Shown here in pieces: positions 62,593 through 64,000 of a stretch of 64,000 nucleotides of DNA. This stretch comes from Xylographa opegraphella. Lineage: Eukaryota. The notes below the pieces were generated by a model that was not told the DNA's origin, ran no database searches, and was given only the letters and a program-made list of their open reading frames with translations. The position numbers and the translations under genes are program-made. The stretch is from positions 1 through 64,000 of the forward strand of contig JALDZX010000075.1 of NCBI GenBank assembly GCA_022813865.1. Direction: 5' to 3'. Numbering within the stretch: position 1 is the first letter of the stretch; each line of letters opens with the position of its first letter.

Positions 62593-64000
62593 TGTGGATC
62601 GACTTCGAAAGCGTGAGTATTGTGCAACATGAAGGGGGCAGCCAGGACTTGAACGACAGCACCCATAGGACCTACTTTATAACAGCCGCATCCTTCGCGC
62701 CATTCTTCAGTGGCTCTAATTTCCATAGCCCGCCCGCTCTTGAGGAGCTTGGCTCATGGGCGGCTCAGATCCTTGCATGAAGAAGGCTACCCTGCTTCGT
62801 ACGGAATACCAGCTGGTCACTCACCAACATACTGGTCGACACTAAACAATTCTCACGACTCCGTTGTCTCTTTCTATCTTACTGCACTTGTCGTTAACAT
62901 TATACGAGTGATCTTTGAATCATTTTGCACGGCCTGGATTTGATTGGTCACTTTCTCCTGATGAAAACAGACATTTGCTGCATACCTATGGATCTACTGA
63001 CCGCGCCGCTGCGGGACAGCCTCAACTAAGGTACCAAGTACTAAGTACGCTAGTGCCAATCTGCTCGATTTGGCAGTGTATTAATGCTGGATCGGGCCAA
63101 GATCGTGCTTCTTTTAGGGCTGCCGACTTTAGCGTGCTCAGCCGACGATTTTATTGGAATTCCTTATCGTGGTTGTTCTGCAACAAACTGATCAACATTA
63201 CCCGAGCCGATCAAATCAGTGGCCTTAACCGCAGTAAGCAGATTTTACGGCCAATGACAAAACAGGAGTTCCAGAGCAAATATCAAAGGTTTGGAAGGCT
63301 TTGTATTGGTTGCTGGGCACGCCGAGTGTCAGGTTTGTCTATGCTTCAACCGTCAGTAACTCGCGGGGTGACTAGTTCTTTTCGTTTTAATCCGATCATG
63401 TATTCGCCCTGCCGTTTATCCTCCTTCGTTGCCGCTTGAACCATCCCATTAACGGAGTTCACCTTATTGTTTCCGTGAAGATAGACCTCTTATTTAACCA
63501 ACGTCCCCCGCACTGTGTAACGGGTCCCACTGTGCCTTTTCTTTTCCCCTACTTCTTCTCTCCTGCTCCCGTCACTCCGCTCTGACATCTGAAATGCAAC
63601 CCCAACGCTCATGGACGCTCTGACGCCGTTGGATAATCCAGGGAGGTAGGTTGTATGGACGGACTCGTTGGAGGAGTCTGTTGTACAAGAAGCCTTCAAA
63701 GGTCTTCTAATCTTGCTGAACTTCGTTGCAGCCCCAGCTGGTGAAGTAAATCACTGTGCGATCAATGTTGTGGGACCCGATCCGAGCGAACGGGTACAAT
63801 GGCCTCGGTGATGTGGGACAATAGTCGACTGTACGGTCAACAGAAGGCGTGGGACAGATGCCACATCCAGGGTTCATCAGAGGTGAACATCCTATGTCGT
63901 TTAAGGGTTGAAAAAGGGCTGTTGACGAGCGTGCATATGCTACGTATCTCGCACTCATGACCTGCCCTGGCATTATTCTTGCGCCGAAGACGCTTAATGG

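Noticed and set aside
63490..63973. Minus-strand 88-aa ORF that may continue past a TAG, at the window edge
   Set aside because: No recognisable family and the upstream context is outside the window, so it cannot be told from non-coding DNA.

Overview
This window is intron-containing genomic DNA from a filamentous ascomycete (Pezizomycotina; Eurotiomycete-like by protein character, which is an inference). I can build about 25 gene models by hand. They include housekeeping genes (TBC Rab-GAP, NOC2, UTP11, TAF9, lipin/PAH1, BAP31-like, L-arabinitol dehydrogenase, NCS1 permease, methyltransferase, PAF-acetylhydrolase-like, GST-like, bZIP) and several uncharacterised membrane or secreted proteins. 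The best find is a 36-codon gene at 29440-29550 (-), too short for the ORF track. It has a TATA box, 5'-UTR intron signals and a C-terminal CaaX box (CVIQ*), so it is a candidate a-factor-type lipopeptide mating pheromone precursor. Other notable signals: recurrent GC-rich islands in which strand skew flips from C/A-rich to G/T-rich; three introns whose frames require GC-AG splicing; a surface-sensor-like gene with two in-frame stops; a WRKY/GCM1-type (Mutator-related) ORF; and tandem CGGGTAA sites upstream of the arabitol dehydrogenase. No rRNA, tRNA or CRISPR features were recognised. Exon boundaries and family names come from manual reading and motif recognition, not from database searches.
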